Part shown: positions 29,291 to 40,162 of the stretch, one piece after another
Numbering within the stretch: position 1 is the stretch's first letter
How the letters are laid out: each line of letters opens with the position of its first letter
Assembly (NCBI GenBank): GCA_965216025.1
Contig: CBDCEX010000018.1
Span: 556,837-620,836, forward strand
Reading direction: 5' to 3'
DNA length: 64,000 bases
From: Dehalococcoidia bacterium
Lineage (GTDB): Bacteria > Chloroflexota > Dehalococcoidia > Lucifugimonadales > UBA3495
The notes under the pieces: model-generated
What the model was told of the DNA's origin: nothing
Database searches by the model: none
Seen by the model: the letters and a program-made list of their open reading frames with translations, nothing else
Program-made: the position numbers and the translations under genes

Positions 29291-30268
29291 TTAGGAATTC
29301 TGGGGGCGATACGCGCAGATTCGCTGAGTGAAGAGGCTGGTCAGCCGCTCGGCGTCCACCTCCAGGCAGACCCGAACCCTCGCTGATTCGTTACCGAAGT
29401 CTTGACCTAAAGCCCGCCGGTCCACCACGGTCTGGCCTCGGGCCAGTTCGCTGTGCGTCTCTATAGTTACCGGGTATTCCTCGGCCTGAAATAAGGTCGG
29501 GTCGATAGCGTAGGCGGCGGCGGACAGGTCATTGTAACGCACCCCGTCCGGCTCCCGCAGCAAATTCTGGCTTCGATAGTAGGATTGCAAGAAGGGCGTC
29601 GCAGCCGACAATAACCCGGTGATGGCAGTACCGGTCTGTTCAATCTGGAGCAGTTGGCTCGAAGTGATTTCCACCTGGTTGCAAACGTCCAAGCCTACCT
29701 GAACCAGCGGGGCTCCGGATTTGTAGAGGATGGACGCCGCTTCCGGGTCTTCGTAGAGATTGGCCGAAGCCACCGGGGACGCGTTGCCGGGCACCGCAAC
29801 CGCGCCGCCCATGACGATGATCTGGGCTACCGATCCTGCCAGCCCGGGCTCGAGGCTCATTGCCAGGGCCAGGTTCGTCATGCGGCCCAAAGCCAGCATG
29901 GTTATCTCTCCCTGAGAGGCCATGACGCGCTCAATGATTTCTACCGCCGCGGGACGGCCGGCAACTGGGTAATGACCGGCAGGCCGGGGATAATTGATGT
30001 TGCCCAGGCCGTCTTGGCCGTGGACCTGGGAGGCCCATCCGGGAGTGGGCTCCCGCAGCAGTGGTCTGGCCGCCCCCTGGTAGACCGGTATTTCCAGGCG
30101 GCCAGCGGCGTTTAGAATCCGGAGGGTGTTCTGCGTGCAGATCTCCACCGGGCCGTTGCCGTAGACCGTGGTGATGGCCTCCACCGACAGCTCGGGTCTG
30201 GTCAGGGCCAAAAACAGGGCCGCAGCATCGTCGATGCCGGGATCGGTGTCGATAATAACCCGCTTCAT
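29291..30268 (-). CDS. Nucleoside hydrolase (IU-NH family)
   Basis: Motifs DTDPGIDDA, VHGQDGLG, MGGA. Confidence 0.92.
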   Translation of the reverse strand: MKRVIIDTDPGIDDAAALFLALTRPELSVEAITTVYGNGPVEICTQNTLRILNAAGRLEIPVYQGAARPLLREPTPGWASQVHGQDGLGNINYPRPAGHYPVAGRPAAVEIIERVMASQGEITMLALGRMTNLALAMSLEPGLAGSVAQIIVMGGAVAVPGNASPVASANLYEDPEAASILYKSGAPLVQVGLDVCNQVEITSSQLLQIEQTGTAITGLLSAATPFLQSYYRSQNLLREPDGVRYNDLSAAAYAIDPTLFQAEEYPVTIETHSELARGQTVVDRRALGQDFGNESARVRVCLEVDAERLTSLFTQRICAYRPQNS

Positions 30269-30322
30269 CTGGCTGTCATGGCATTGGCGATGGATTTAGG
30301 GTCCGGGGTATGATCCAGTCTA

Positions 30323-31638
30323 GTACAGGTGGGCTGAAAAGCCCGAGTAGTATAATGAGCGCGTTGAGGTTGGAGAGATGAAGTGTGGTGGTGAAGGCGA
30401 TGCGTGGACCGAAACCTCCCGTGGTGGAATTATCCCCGGAAGAGCAGCAAGGATTGGAAACCCTGGTGCGCCGATATAGCACCCCCCAGCAGTTGGCCCG
30501 GCGAGGCAGAATCATTCTGTCTGCCGCGGCTGGCCTGAACAACAGCCAAATAGCCCGCGAAGTGGGCCTGGATGTGGATACGGTACGGTTCTGGCGCAAC
30601 CGCTGGCTGGGGCTACAGGCAGCCATTCTGGAAGACCTGAGTATAGAAGAAAGGTTGCGGGATGCGCCTCGTCCTGGGGCTCCCGCCCGGATCACCCCAG
30701 AGCAAGTTTGCCAGATCATGTCCCTGGCTTGTGAGGCCCCCAGCCAGTGCGGTCGTCCTATCAGCCAGTGGACCAGCCGGGAATTGGCTGATGAGATCAT
30801 CGAAAAAGGCATCGTAGAACGGATTTCCCCCCGTCATGCGGCCAGGCTTCTAGAAAGGGGGACCTGAAACCCCACCGGATACGCTATTGGTTGACACCCT
30901 CCGGGGACGAGCACTATGACGCCAAAGTCACTGACATCTGCGATCTGTACCGAGAAGCTCCCGCCTTGGTCCAATCTGGGGAGCGAGTGATGAGCACTGA
31001 TGAGTTGACCGGAGTACAGGCCCTGGAGCGCAAACATCCTGGGTTGCCCTTGGCGCCGGGGAAGGTGGAACGGCGGGAGTTTGAGTACATCCGGCATGGT
31101 ACACGCTCCTTCATCATCAGTCGGGATGTGGTGACGGGTCAGATTGTTGAGCCCTATGGGGGGCCCAGACGTACCGAAGCGGACTTTCTGCAGCATGTGG
31201 AGGCAGTGATCGCTAGCGATAGGGCGGCCCAGCGGTGGCATTTTGTGGTGGACAACCTGGACACGCACCGTTCTGAATCTCTAGTGCGCTGGGTAGCCAG
31301 AGAGTCTGGGCTGGACCTGGAGTTGGGTAAGAAGGGCAAGTGGGGCACATTGGCGAACCGAGAGTCCCGGGCCGCATTTCTCAGCGATCCCAGCCACTGT
31401 ATCGTGTTTCACTACACCCCCAAGCACACGTCATGGATGAACCAAGTGGAAATCTGGCTGAGCATTCTGGTGCGAAAACTGCTACAGCGAGGGTCATTCA
31501 GATCGGTGACCGATCTGAAACAGAAGGTGTGGGACTTCATCGACTATTACAACCGGACCATGGCAAAGCCCTTCAAATGGACTTACCAAGGCAAGGTGCT
31601 GGTCGCATGAACTGCCGGGTTATTTACGCCCACCTGTC
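30323..31638 (+). mobile_element. IS630-family element, copy 1
   Basis: TA-flanked in a CTAG context; ends GTACAGGTGGGC/GCCCACCTGT(G)C. Confidence 0.9.
30385..31610 (+). CDS. IS630 transposase, -1 shift at AAAGGGGG (30854-30861)
   Basis: HTH ORF followed by DLKPHRIRYWL...STDE...EYIRHGT...DNLDTH...SWMNQVEIW. Confidence 0.88.
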
Positions 31639-31640
31639 TA

Positions 31641-32935
31641 GTACAGGTGGGCTGAAAAGCCCGAGTAGTATAATGAGCGCGTTGAGGTTGGAGAGATGAA
31701 GTGTGGTGGTGAAGGCGATGCGTGGACCGAAACCTCCCGTGGTGGAATTATCCCCGGAAGAGCAGCAAGGATTGGAAACCCTGGTGCGCCGATATAGCAC
31801 CCCCCAGCAGTTGGCGAGGCAGAATCATTCTGTCTGCCGCGGCTGGCCTGAACAACAGCCAAATAGCCCGCGAAGTGGGCCTGGATGTGATACGGTACGG
31901 TTCTGGCGCAACCGCTGGCTGGGGCTACAGGCAGCCATTCTGGAAGACCTGAGTATAGAAGAAAGGTTGCGGGATGCGCCTCGTCCTGGGGCTCCCGCCC
32001 GGATCACCCCAGAGCAAGTTTGCCAGATCATGTCCCTGGCTTGTGAGGCCCCCAGCCAGTGCGGTCGTCCTATCAGCCAGTGGACCAGCCGGGAATTGGC
32101 TGATGAGATCATCGAAAAAGGCATCGTAGAACGGATTTCCCCCCGTCATGCGGCCAGGCTTCTAGAAAGGGGGACCTGAAACCCCACCGGATACGCTATT
32201 GGTTGACACCCTCCGGGGACGAGCACTATGACGCCAAAGTCACTGACATCTGCGATCTGTACCGAGAAGCTCCCGCCTTGGTCCAATCTGGGGAGCGAGT
32301 GATGAGCACTGATGAGTTGACCGGAGTACAGGCCCTGGAGCGCAAACATCCTGGGTTGCCCTTGGCGCCGGGGAAGGTGGAACGGCGGGAGTTTGAGTAC
32401 ATCCGGCATGGTACACGCTCCTTCATCATCAGTCGGGATGTGGTGACGGGTCAGAGTTGAGCCCTATGTACCGAAGCGGACTTTCTGCAGATGTGGAGGC
32501 AGTGATCGCTAGCGATAGGGCGGCCCAGCGGTGGCATTTTGTGGTGGACAACCTGGACACGCACCGTTCTGAATCTCTAGTGCGCTGGGTAGCCAGAGAG
32601 TCTGGGCTGGACCTGGAGTTGGGTAAGAAGGGCAAGTGGGGCACATTGGCGAACCGAGAGTCCCGGGCCGCATTTCTCAGCGATCCCAGCCACTGTATCG
32701 TGTTTCACTACACCCCCAAGCACACGTCATGGATGAACCAAGTGGAAATCTGGCTGAGCATTCTGGTGCGAAAACTGCTACAGCGAGGGTCATTCAGATC
32801 GGTGACCGATCTGAAACAGAAGGTGTGGGACTTCATCGACTATTACAACCGGACCATGGCAAAGCCCTTCAAATGGACTTACCAAGGCAAGGTGCTGGTC
32901 GCATGAACTGCCGGGTTATTTACGCCCACCTGTGC
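31641..32935 (+). mobile_element. IS630 copy 2 in direct tandem, with several small deletions
   Basis: Same ends as copy 1, separated from it by one TA (31639-31640), with TA at 32936-32937. ORFs are broken by deletions. Confidence 0.85.
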
Positions 32936-32972
32936 TAGTACATCGTCCAGTTTGTTTTGATGAATCGGTGAC

Positions 32973-33035
32973 CACGCCCATCCTGACCTTTCCCCATCGA
33001 GGGGGAAGGGACTGCTCCCCCTTGATAAGGAGAGT
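32973..33035. repeat. Hairpin repeat family B, diverged copy
   Basis: CCCATCCTGACCTTTCCCCATCGAGGGGGAAGG resembles 43017-43053. Confidence 0.6.
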
Positions 33036-33146
33036 CACATCTTAAACACCCGCTGAGGGCTGTCTTGCGATTGGGCTTGAACAATTATAGCATTGGGTAC
33101 CACTTCCTCAGGCTGGGAAGGAACGGATGAAAAGGGGGGTGACCGC

Positions 33147-33860
33147 ATGTCCCTGACCGACGTCAAAGCCCTGATATTCGATGTGTTCGGCACGGTGGTC
33201 GATTGGCGCTCCAGCATTGCGCGCCAATGCCAGGAGCTAGGCGGGATAAAAGGAGTTGAGGCCGACTGGGAGGAATTCGCCGACGCCTGGCGGGGCCAGT
33301 ATCGCCCCTTTATGGACAAAGTGCGGAGCGGCGAGCTCCCCTGGACCAATCTGGATGCCCTGCACCGGATGTCCCTCGACCTGGTGCTGGCCCAGTTCGG
33401 CCTGGACAGCTTCAGCGAAGCCGAAAGGAGCCAGATGAATCTCTTTTGGCACAATCTCCGGCCCTGGCCTGACTCAGTGCCCGGCCTCTACCGGCTCAAG
33501 CATCGCTACATCATCGCCCCCATGTCCAACGGCAACATCGCGCTGATGACGAACATGGCCAAGAACGGCGGCCTGCCTTGGGACTGCATTCTGGGCGCGG
33601 AAGTGGCCAAGCATTATAAGCCGGACCCGGAAAGCTACCAGACTGCGGTGGACCTGCTGGGTTTGCGACCGGATCAGGTGATGATGACGGCGGCGCATCA
33701 GGGAGACCTGCTGGCATCCCAAAAGGTGGGACTACAGACTGGCTTTGTACCCCGGCCCATGGAACACGGCCCCAACCGCATTCCCGACCCAACGCCGGAC
33801 CCCTCTTTCAACGTGGTGGCCACCGACTTCATGGATCTGGCCGCCCAGGTGGGAGTTTAG
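33147..33860 (+). CDS. Haloacid dehalogenase type II (HAD)
   Basis: Motifs FDVFGTVVDWR, SNGN, YKPDP, AAHQGDL. Confidence 0.92.
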   Translation: MSLTDVKALIFDVFGTVVDWRSSIARQCQELGGIKGVEADWEEFADAWRGQYRPFMDKVRSGELPWTNLDALHRMSLDLVLAQFGLDSFSEAERSQMNLFWHNLRPWPDSVPGLYRLKHRYIIAPMSNGNIALMTNMAKNGGLPWDCILGAEVAKHYKPDPESYQTAVDLLGLRPDQVMMTAAHQGDLLASQKVGLQTGFVPRPMEHGPNRIPDPTPDPSFNVVATDFMDLAAQVGV

Positions 33861-34912
33861 CCAGGGGCTGGCGCCACGGGTCCGACTCCACAGGACCGGG
33901 CCACCAGCTGATAGGAGCGGAGCCGATCCTCATAGGCATAGCATATGGTTACGATGCTGAGGTCCGGGGTTTGGTACCGCTCCGCCAGAGAATAAAGGCC
34001 CTCTCTGACCTGCTGGGGGTCGCCATCGACGCAGTTCCGGTTGTACTGTTCCATGAAGGCCCGCTCATCGGCGCGGTAGGGGAAGTTGAGAGCGTCCTCC
34101 ACCGGAGGAATCCCCTTGGCGCGGCCGGTACGCGATTTCAGGCGGGCCAGGTTGCGGCTGGCCGCCAGTCGGAGGGCCTCCTCTTCTGTCTCGGCGCAAA
34201 GCACGTGAATCCCCACGTTAACCAGAGGCTGCTCCAGGGCCGCCGAAGGCTGGAAGCTCCTTCGATACCCCTCAACTATCGACGGACCTTCCTGGGAGCC
34301 CGATCCGAAGAAGTGGGCGTACGCGAAGGGCAATCCCATGCGGGCGGCCAGCATGGCGCTGTCGTATCTGGACCCCAGAAGCCAGACTTGGGGCGCTGTT
34401 TCGCTGGAGGACGGCGCGGCGCGAACCTGGGAAAAGGGATGCTCTTCAGCTACGGTGTCGGAGAGGTATCCCAGCAGGTCGGACACTTGCTGGGGGAAAT
34501 GCTGGATCTCTTTGGGATAACTGGGATAGGCCAGCGCCAAAGCAGTCAGCTGGTCGCTGCCGGGGGCCCGGCCAATGCCCAGGTCGATTCGCCCCGGGTA
34601 GAGGGAATCCAGAATGCGAAAGTTTTCCGCGACTTTGAACGAGCTGTAATGGGACAGCATCACGCCGCCGCTGCCAACTCGAATGGACTTGGTGCGGGCG
34701 GCTATCTGGCCCACCATCATTTCCGGGCTGGTGCCGGCGAAATTGGGCAGGTTGTGGTGCTCCGCAACCCAGTATCGCTGGTAGCCAAGGGCCTCCACGG
34801 CCACCGCCAGCTCAATGGTTTCCCGCAGAGCCTCTCCCGGGCCGCTGCCCTCCCGCATCGGGGATTGGTCCACCACACTGAGAGTTAGGGGGAGGGTTGG
34901 TGGCTGGCTCAA
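33857..34912 (-). CDS. LLM-class flavin-dependent oxidoreductase
   Basis: Motifs YWVAEHH, IRVGSGGVML, PGRIDLGIGRAPG. Confidence 0.92.
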   Translation of the reverse strand: MSQPPTLPLTLSVVDQSPMREGSGPGEALRETIELAVAVEALGYQRYWVAEHHNLPNFAGTSPEMMVGQIAARTKSIRVGSGGVMLSHYSSFKVAENFRILDSLYPGRIDLGIGRAPGSDQLTALALAYPSYPKEIQHFPQQVSDLLGYLSDTVAEEHPFSQVRAAPSSSETAPQVWLLGSRYDSAMLAARMGLPFAYAHFFGSGSQEGPSIVEGYRRSFQPSAALEQPLVNVGIHVLCAETEEEALRLAASRNLARLKSRTGRAKGIPPVEDALNFPYRADERAFMEQYNRNCVDGDPQQVREGLYSLAERYQTPDLSIVTICYAYEDRLRSYQLVARSCGVGPVAPAPG

Positions 34913-34979
34913 CCGCTTACCTCGCTGGACTCATCCTGACGGGGACCGTTGGTCCAACTGCCCAAAATGCCCGGAATTA

Positions 34980-35008
34980 TTGACAAGGTCTGCTCCCCGA
35001 ACTAAAAT
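34980..35008 (+). promoter_or_regulatory. Putative sigma70 promoter upstream of pstS
   Basis: TTGACA-17 nt-TAAAAT. Confidence 0.6.
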
Positions 35009-35284
35009 TTATTTGACGATTATCGTAATTAAATACCCTATAATCGCAAGGCCTGGTCTGCCCACATTAGAGAAATCGCACCTTGTCCGAGGGCTGTCGA
35101 TACCGGGCCTCATTTGCGGACCTACTAGGGCTCCCGGCAGCTCCAGTTCACCGCATAGCCCATTATGACAGGACCTCCTTGAGAAACCCCAAACTGCGGC
35201 TTCACCTGAGTATAACACCGGCTCTCCGGAGCGGTGAGACGAGCCCTTGATTACCCTACTTGGCTTCCGGTATGAAAATCCGGT

Positions 35285-36358
35285 ATGAGATTCAGCCCTT
35301 TACCCGGCAGTTTGACCCCGGGTCCTGCTCTACTCCTGCTGGCAATAGCCCTGATTGGCCTGGCCTTCACGGCCTGCGAGGGCGGCGAGCCAACCAGCCC
35401 GGCAGCGGGCAACAACAGCGACGCCGAGCGGTACAGCCTCCAAGGTAAAATCGCCATCGACGGTTCCAGCACTGTTTTCCCGATAACCGAGGCGGTGGCC
35501 GAGGAATTCGGTATTCTCACCCGGCGTAAGGTGCGAATCACCGTTGGCGTTTCAGGCACCGGCGGCGGCTTCCAAAAGTTTTGCAACGGAGAGACGAATA
35601 TTTCCGACGCCTCCCGTCCCATTAAGGCCAGCGAAGCTGAGCTTTGTGCCCAGAGAGGAATCGAGTTCGTTGAGATACCGGTGGCCATCGATGGCCTGAC
35701 GGTGATGGTCAATCCGGAGAACGACTTTGTCAGCTGTGTCACTGTAGCGGAGCTGCATCAGATCTGGGGCGCAGAGGCCGAGGACCAGATCGTCCGTTGG
35801 AATCAGGTGCGACCGGAGTGGCCGGACCAACCCCTGCGCCTGTACGGTCCGGGGGTAGATTCCGGCACCTTCGACTACTTCACCGAAACCATCAACGGCC
35901 AGGCTCAGTCCTCCAGGGGAGATTTTACCTCTAGCGAAGACGACAACGTTTTGGTGCATGGGATTTACGGAGACAAGAGCAGCTTGGGATATTTCGGATA
36001 CGCCTATTTTCGGGAAAACCGGGAAAAGCTGAAGCCCCTGCAGATAGACGGCGGCGCCGGATGCATTGGCCCTACCGAGGAGACTATTAACGGCGGAAGC
36101 TATTCGCCCCTTTCCCGGCCCCTGTTCATCTACGTCAGCAGCGCCGCCCTGCAAGAACCCCACGTCAAGGAATTTATCCGCTATTACATTGGGCCAGAAG
36201 GCTGGGCATTAGTCTCGGAGGTCGGTTACATACCCTTCCGGGAGCAGCTGTACCGGCTGGTTTCCAGTCGGGTGGAGGGCGGCGCTACCGGCTCTATTTT
36301 TGGCGGCGTTAATCCCCAATCCGGGTCGGTGGAGCAGGTTCTTTCGGCCAATCAATAA
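35285..36358 (+). CDS. pstS: Phosphate ABC transporter binding lipoprotein
   Basis: Lipobox FTAC; motifs [22 protein letters not shown]. Confidence 0.95.
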   Translation: MRFSPLPGSLTPGPALLLLAIALIGLAFTACEGGEPTSPAAGNNSDAERYSLQGKIAIDGSSTVFPITEAVAEEFGILTRRKVRITVGVSGTGGGFQKFCNGETNISDASRPIKASEAELCAQRGIEFVEIPVAIDGLTVMVNPENDFVSCVTVAELHQIWGAEAEDQIVRWNQVRPEWPDQPLRLYGPGVDSGTFDYFTETINGQAQSSRGDFTSSEDDNVLVHGIYGDKSSLGYFGYAYFRENREKLKPLQIDGGAGCIGPTEETINGGSYSPLSRPLFIYVSSAALQEPHVKEFIRYYIGPEGWALVSEVGYIPFREQLYRLVSSRVEGGATGSIFGGVNPQSGSVEQVLSANQ

Positions 36359-36573
36359 CAGCGTCACCATGGCCCGGTCAGGAGATTGGGAGCACAGCAA
36401 TATAGACGGGATTTCGCTCCTTTTTCCAGCACAGATCCCCGCTTGTCAACGGCATCCGGCCCGGTTATCCTTGTTAGGGCTCGGCGTGAGGACCCAGAGT
36501 TACAGCCGAGGGTTGCGGTCCGGGCAGTGGGCCCAGTTCGGAACATCCCCGGTCTTTGAATTAGGAGCTATCC

Positions 36574-37524
36574 TTGGGACCAAATGGCATAATCGGACCA
36601 GCCACCAATCTGGATGGCATCCGCTCCTCTGTTTCCGTTCCCTGGAAAAGGCATCTTCCCGAAGGCACCATCAAGCTGGTCCTGCTGTTATGCAGCGTCG
36701 TTTCGATCCTGACCACCGTTGGCATCGTCGCCGTTTTGTTTTACGAGGCGGTCCTTTTCTTCCGAGAGGTCTCGATCTTGGAGTTCATAACCGGTACCAA
36801 GTGGACCCCCCTCTTCGCGTCCCAACACTTCGGCATCTGGCCCCTGTTAACCGGTACCCTGCTCACTACCGTGGGAGCGATGCTGGTTGCCCTGCCCCTG
36901 GGACTGCTCAGCGCCATTTACCTGAGTGAATACGCTCCCGACTTGCTCAGGCAGGTGCTCAAGCCCGTATTGGAGGTTTTAGCCGGTATTCCCACGGTTG
37001 TTTATGGCTTTTTTGCACTGCTTTTTGTCACGCCCCTGCTGCGGGGCATATCGGAGGACATAGCCATTTTCAACGCCCTCAGCCCGGCCATTGTAATGGG
37101 CATCATGATACTGCCCATGGTTTCCAGCCTCAGCGAGGATTCCATGCGAAGTGTACCCCGATCTCTGCGGGAGGCAGCCTATGCGTTGGGCGCCACCAAG
37201 CTGGAAGTAGCAACCCGAGTGGTGGTTCCGGCGGCCCTCTCCGGAATAGTAGCGGCCTTCATCCTAGCCATGTCCCGCGCCATCGGCGAGACGATGATCG
37301 TCGCCATTGCCGCCGGCAGTAACCCGAACTTCACCCTCAATCCGCTGGTACCCATACAGACCATGACCGGGTATATTGTTCAGGTGATTTTGGGGGACGC
37401 ACCCACCGGTTCCCTGGCGCACAAGACCATCTTCGCGGTGGGCAGCAGTCTGTTCCTCATCACGCTGGGTATGAATCTGCTCAGCCAGGCGGTCGTCCGA
37501 AGATTCCGGGAGGCCTACGAGTAG
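36574..37524 (+). CDS. pstC: Phosphate ABC permease
   Basis: Motifs [25 protein letters not shown]. Confidence 0.95.
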   Translation: MGPNGIIGPATNLDGIRSSVSVPWKRHLPEGTIKLVLLLCSVVSILTTVGIVAVLFYEAVLFFREVSILEFITGTKWTPLFASQHFGIWPLLTGTLLTTVGAMLVALPLGLLSAIYLSEYAPDLLRQVLKPVLEVLAGIPTVVYGFFALLFVTPLLRGISEDIAIFNALSPAIVMGIMILPMVSSLSEDSMRSVPRSLREAAYALGATKLEVATRVVVPAALSGIVAAFILAMSRAIGETMIVAIAAGSNPNFTLNPLVPIQTMTGYIVQVILGDAPTGSLAHKTIFAVGSSLFLITLGMNLLSQAVVRRFREAYE

Positions 37525-38408
37525 TGGCGGTAGTAGAGCCCACCGACTTTCGACGCCGCATGGCCCGCCGCAAGTGGCAAGGCCGGGCCTTTCACCTGTT
37601 GTGTCTGGTGGCCATCCTCATTGGTCTCTCCATGCTGGGGGCTCTGCTCTACAACATAATCGAGCAGGGTTGGGACCACATCAATTGGCAATTTCTCAGT
37701 GGTTTTCCTTCCCGGCGCCCGGAAAGCGCGGGGATTTACAGCGCGCTGTTGGGCAGCGTCTATGTAGTTTCCATCGCGGCGGTGACCTCCTTTACTCTGG
37801 GAGTGGGAGCCGCAATCTTCTTGGAAGAGTACACGACCCGGGGTTGGCTCGTGAGAGTGGTTCAAACCAACATATCCAACCTGGCCGGAGTCCCTTCAAT
37901 TGTCTATGGGCTGTTGGGACTGGAGATATTCGCACGCACTCTTGGTCTGGGCAGCAGCGTGCTGGCGGGCGGGCTCACCATGGCTTTACTGGCCCTGCCG
38001 ATAGTAATCATCGCCGCGGAAGAGGCCCTGCGGGCGGTGCCGCCTTCCATCAGGGAAGGAGCGTATGCGCTGGGGGCCACGCGCTGGCAGACTATTTGGC
38101 ACCTGGTGTTGCCTCAGGCTTTCCCGGGAATACTCACCGGCGTTATCCTGGCGGTGAGCCGGGCCATTGGTGAGGCCGCGCCGCTGATAGTGGTAGGAGC
38201 GGTGGCCTTCGTCCCCTTCGCCCCGGACGGCCCGCTCAGCCACTTCACCGTACTGCCGATACAGATATTCAACTGGATATCCCGGCCTCAGGCCGAGTTT
38301 CACGAGGTCGCGGCCGCCGGTATCCTGGTCTTGTTAGCGGTGCTGTTGACCATGAACGCCGTCGCCGTGTTGCTGCGCTTGAAGTTTCAAAAGGGCTCGG
38401 AAGGCTGA
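37524..38408 (+). CDS. pstA: Phosphate ABC permease
   Basis: Motifs NLAGVPSIVYG, RAIGEAAP. Confidence 0.95.
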   Translation: MAVVEPTDFRRRMARRKWQGRAFHLLCLVAILIGLSMLGALLYNIIEQGWDHINWQFLSGFPSRRPESAGIYSALLGSVYVVSIAAVTSFTLGVGAAIFLEEYTTRGWLVRVVQTNISNLAGVPSIVYGLLGLEIFARTLGLGSSVLAGGLTMALLALPIVIIAAEEALRAVPPSIREGAYALGATRWQTIWHLVLPQAFPGILTGVILAVSRAIGEAAPLIVVGAVAFVPFAPDGPLSHFTVLPIQIFNWISRPQAEFHEVAAAGILVLLAVLLTMNAVAVLLRLKFQKGSEG

Positions 38409-38426
38409 AGGCGGAGAGTCGAGGCT

Positions 38427-39200
38427 GTGATAGACGGGACAGCGGTGGTCCGGGCCAACAATCTGAGCGTTTACTACGGCTCCAACCAGGTCATTTCCGA
38501 AGTGGACCTGGAGGTGGCTCACCACAAGATCACGGCGATCATCGGTCCTTCGGGTTCCGGAAAGAGCACCCTGCTGCGCTGTTTCAACCGGATGAATGAC
38601 CTGATTCCCAGCTTCAGAATGTCCGGTCAGGTGCTTTTCGAAGGCCGGGATCTGTACGCGGCGGAGGTGGACCCCACTGAAATTCGCTACCAGGTAGGCA
38701 TGGTGTTTCAGCGGCCCAATCCCTTTCCCAAGTCAATATTCGATAACGTGGCCTTTGGCCCCCGTATCAACGGGTTCCGGGGCGACCTGGAGGCTCTGGT
38801 AGAGCAGTCTCTGCGGAGGGCCGCCCTGTTTGATGAGGTTAAGGACCGGCTCAAGAGTAGCGCTCTGACCCTCTCCGGTGGCCAGCAGCAGCGTCTGTGC
38901 ATCGCCCGGGCCCTGGCTGTAATGCCCCGGGTGATTCTGATGGACGAACCCTGCTCCTCTCTGGACCCAATGGCTACGTTGGCCATAGAGGAGCTGATGC
39001 GGGAGCTGTCGGAAGACTATTCCATTGTCATAGTTACTCACAACATGCAGCAGGCGGCCCGAGTCTCGGATTTCACCGCCTTCCTCATGGGAGATCAAAA
39101 CCGCGTCGCCGAGCTGATTGAGTTCGACGAGACCCGGCAGATCTTCACCAACCCGGCGGATGAGCGGACAGAAGCCTACATCACTGGGCGGTTCGGTTAG
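38427..39200 (+). CDS. pstB: Phosphate ABC ATPase
   Basis: Motifs [22 protein letters not shown]-terminal YITGRFG. Confidence 0.97.
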   Translation: MIDGTAVVRANNLSVYYGSNQVISEVDLEVAHHKITAIIGPSGSGKSTLLRCFNRMNDLIPSFRMSGQVLFEGRDLYAAEVDPTEIRYQVGMVFQRPNPFPKSIFDNVAFGPRINGFRGDLEALVEQSLRRAALFDEVKDRLKSSALTLSGGQQQRLCIARALAVMPRVILMDEPCSSLDPMATLAIEELMRELSEDYSIVIVTHNMQQAARVSDFTAFLMGDQNRVAELIEFDETRQIFTNPADERTEAYITGRFG

Positions 39201-39251
39201 ACCGGCTGCCAAACCGGGCTGTCAAACCGGCTGCGAAATCAGGAGACGAAG

Positions 39252-39917
39252 GTGCTTAGGGCGGATTTTGATCGAAACTTGAAGCTACTGCAGGATGATC
39301 TTATCGAGCTGGGAAACCTGGTGGGACAAGCCATCACCCGAGCCATGGTCGCTTTGATAAATCGGGATTTGGACGCCTCCCAAAGGATTGTGGCGGAAGA
39401 TGACGTCATCGACCAGAAGCGATTCGAGCTGGAGGACCAATGCATTGACTTAATCGCCACGCAGCAACCCATAGCCATAGACCTGCGCACCTTGATGGCC
39501 GTGCTGCACATTTCGGTAGAGCTGGAACGGGTGGGCGACTACGCCGAGGGCATAGCCAAGGTAACCATCCTGATGGGAGATGAGCCCGTATCGCAGCCTC
39601 TGTTCGACTTACCGTTGCTGGCGGAAAAGGCCAGCGATATGCTGGGCCGCAGCCTGGACTCGCTGCTCTTTCGCGACGCCGGCGCGGCGGAGCAGGTGTG
39701 CGAGGACGATGACCAGGTGGATAACCTGTACCAGAAGGTCTACCGGGAATTGCTGACTCACATGACCCAAGATCCCAAGTCCATACGGCGGGCCACGTAT
39801 CTTCTGTGGGTGGCCCATGACCTAGAGCGCATTGCCGACCGGGCCACCAACATCGCCGAGCGGGTCATATTCTTGGTAACGGGCAAACTGCCGGAAGTTA
39901 ATGAGTCAAAACACTGA
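39252..39917 (+). CDS. phoU: Phosphate signalling protein PhoU
   Basis: Motifs QQPIAIDLR, LERVGDYA, LERIADRATNIAE. Confidence 0.96.
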   Translation: MLRADFDRNLKLLQDDLIELGNLVGQAITRAMVALINRDLDASQRIVAEDDVIDQKRFELEDQCIDLIATQQPIAIDLRTLMAVLHISVELERVGDYAEGIAKVTILMGDEPVSQPLFDLPLLAEKASDMLGRSLDSLLFRDAGAAEQVCEDDDQVDNLYQKVYRELLTHMTQDPKSIRRATYLLWVAHDLERIADRATNIAERVIFLVTGKLPEVNESKH

Positions 39918-39962
39918 ATCGGTCCGTCGGCTGGCGAGTCTTCTGAGATGAATTCGTAAGTG

Positions 39963-39991
39963 TTGACATTAAGCTAGCTAGCAGCTAGACT
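39963..39991 (+). promoter_or_regulatory. sigma70 promoter of the leader peptide/sulfite reductase operon
   Basis: TTGACA (39963-39968)-17 nt-TAGACT (39986-39991). Confidence 0.8.
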
Positions 39992-40000
39992 CAAACACAA

Positions 40001-40057
40001 ATGAGTTCGCAGATAAATCTTTTCTGCCGCTGCACCTGTACCTGTCCTCCTACATAG
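40001..40057 (+). CDS. Putative Cys-rich leader peptide MSSQINLFCRCTCTCPPT
   Basis: ATG 9 nt after the -10 box with no SD; four Cys codons in seven positions; lies upstream of a terminator and the sulfite reductase. Confidence 0.75.
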   Translation: MSSQINLFCRCTCTCPPT

Positions 40058-40094
40058 GGGGCGGGTAACTCATTCCCATAGGGAAACCCTGCGC

Positions 40095-40127
40095 CCACCA
40101 ACGATTCAACCGGTTGGTGGTTTTTTT
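40095..40127 (+). terminator. Intrinsic terminator (attenuator) in the sulfite reductase leader
   Basis: CCACCAAC/GTTGGTGG stem followed by T7, 35 nt before the CDS. Confidence 0.85.
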
Positions 40128-40162
40128 GTGGATTTTATTTCGTTCGGGAGCCGGAGGACACC

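Noticed and set aside
30866-30885. Intron domain V-like string GAAACCCCACCGGATACGC
   Set aside because: It is IS630 coding sequence (KPHRIR) and lacks the complementary arm.
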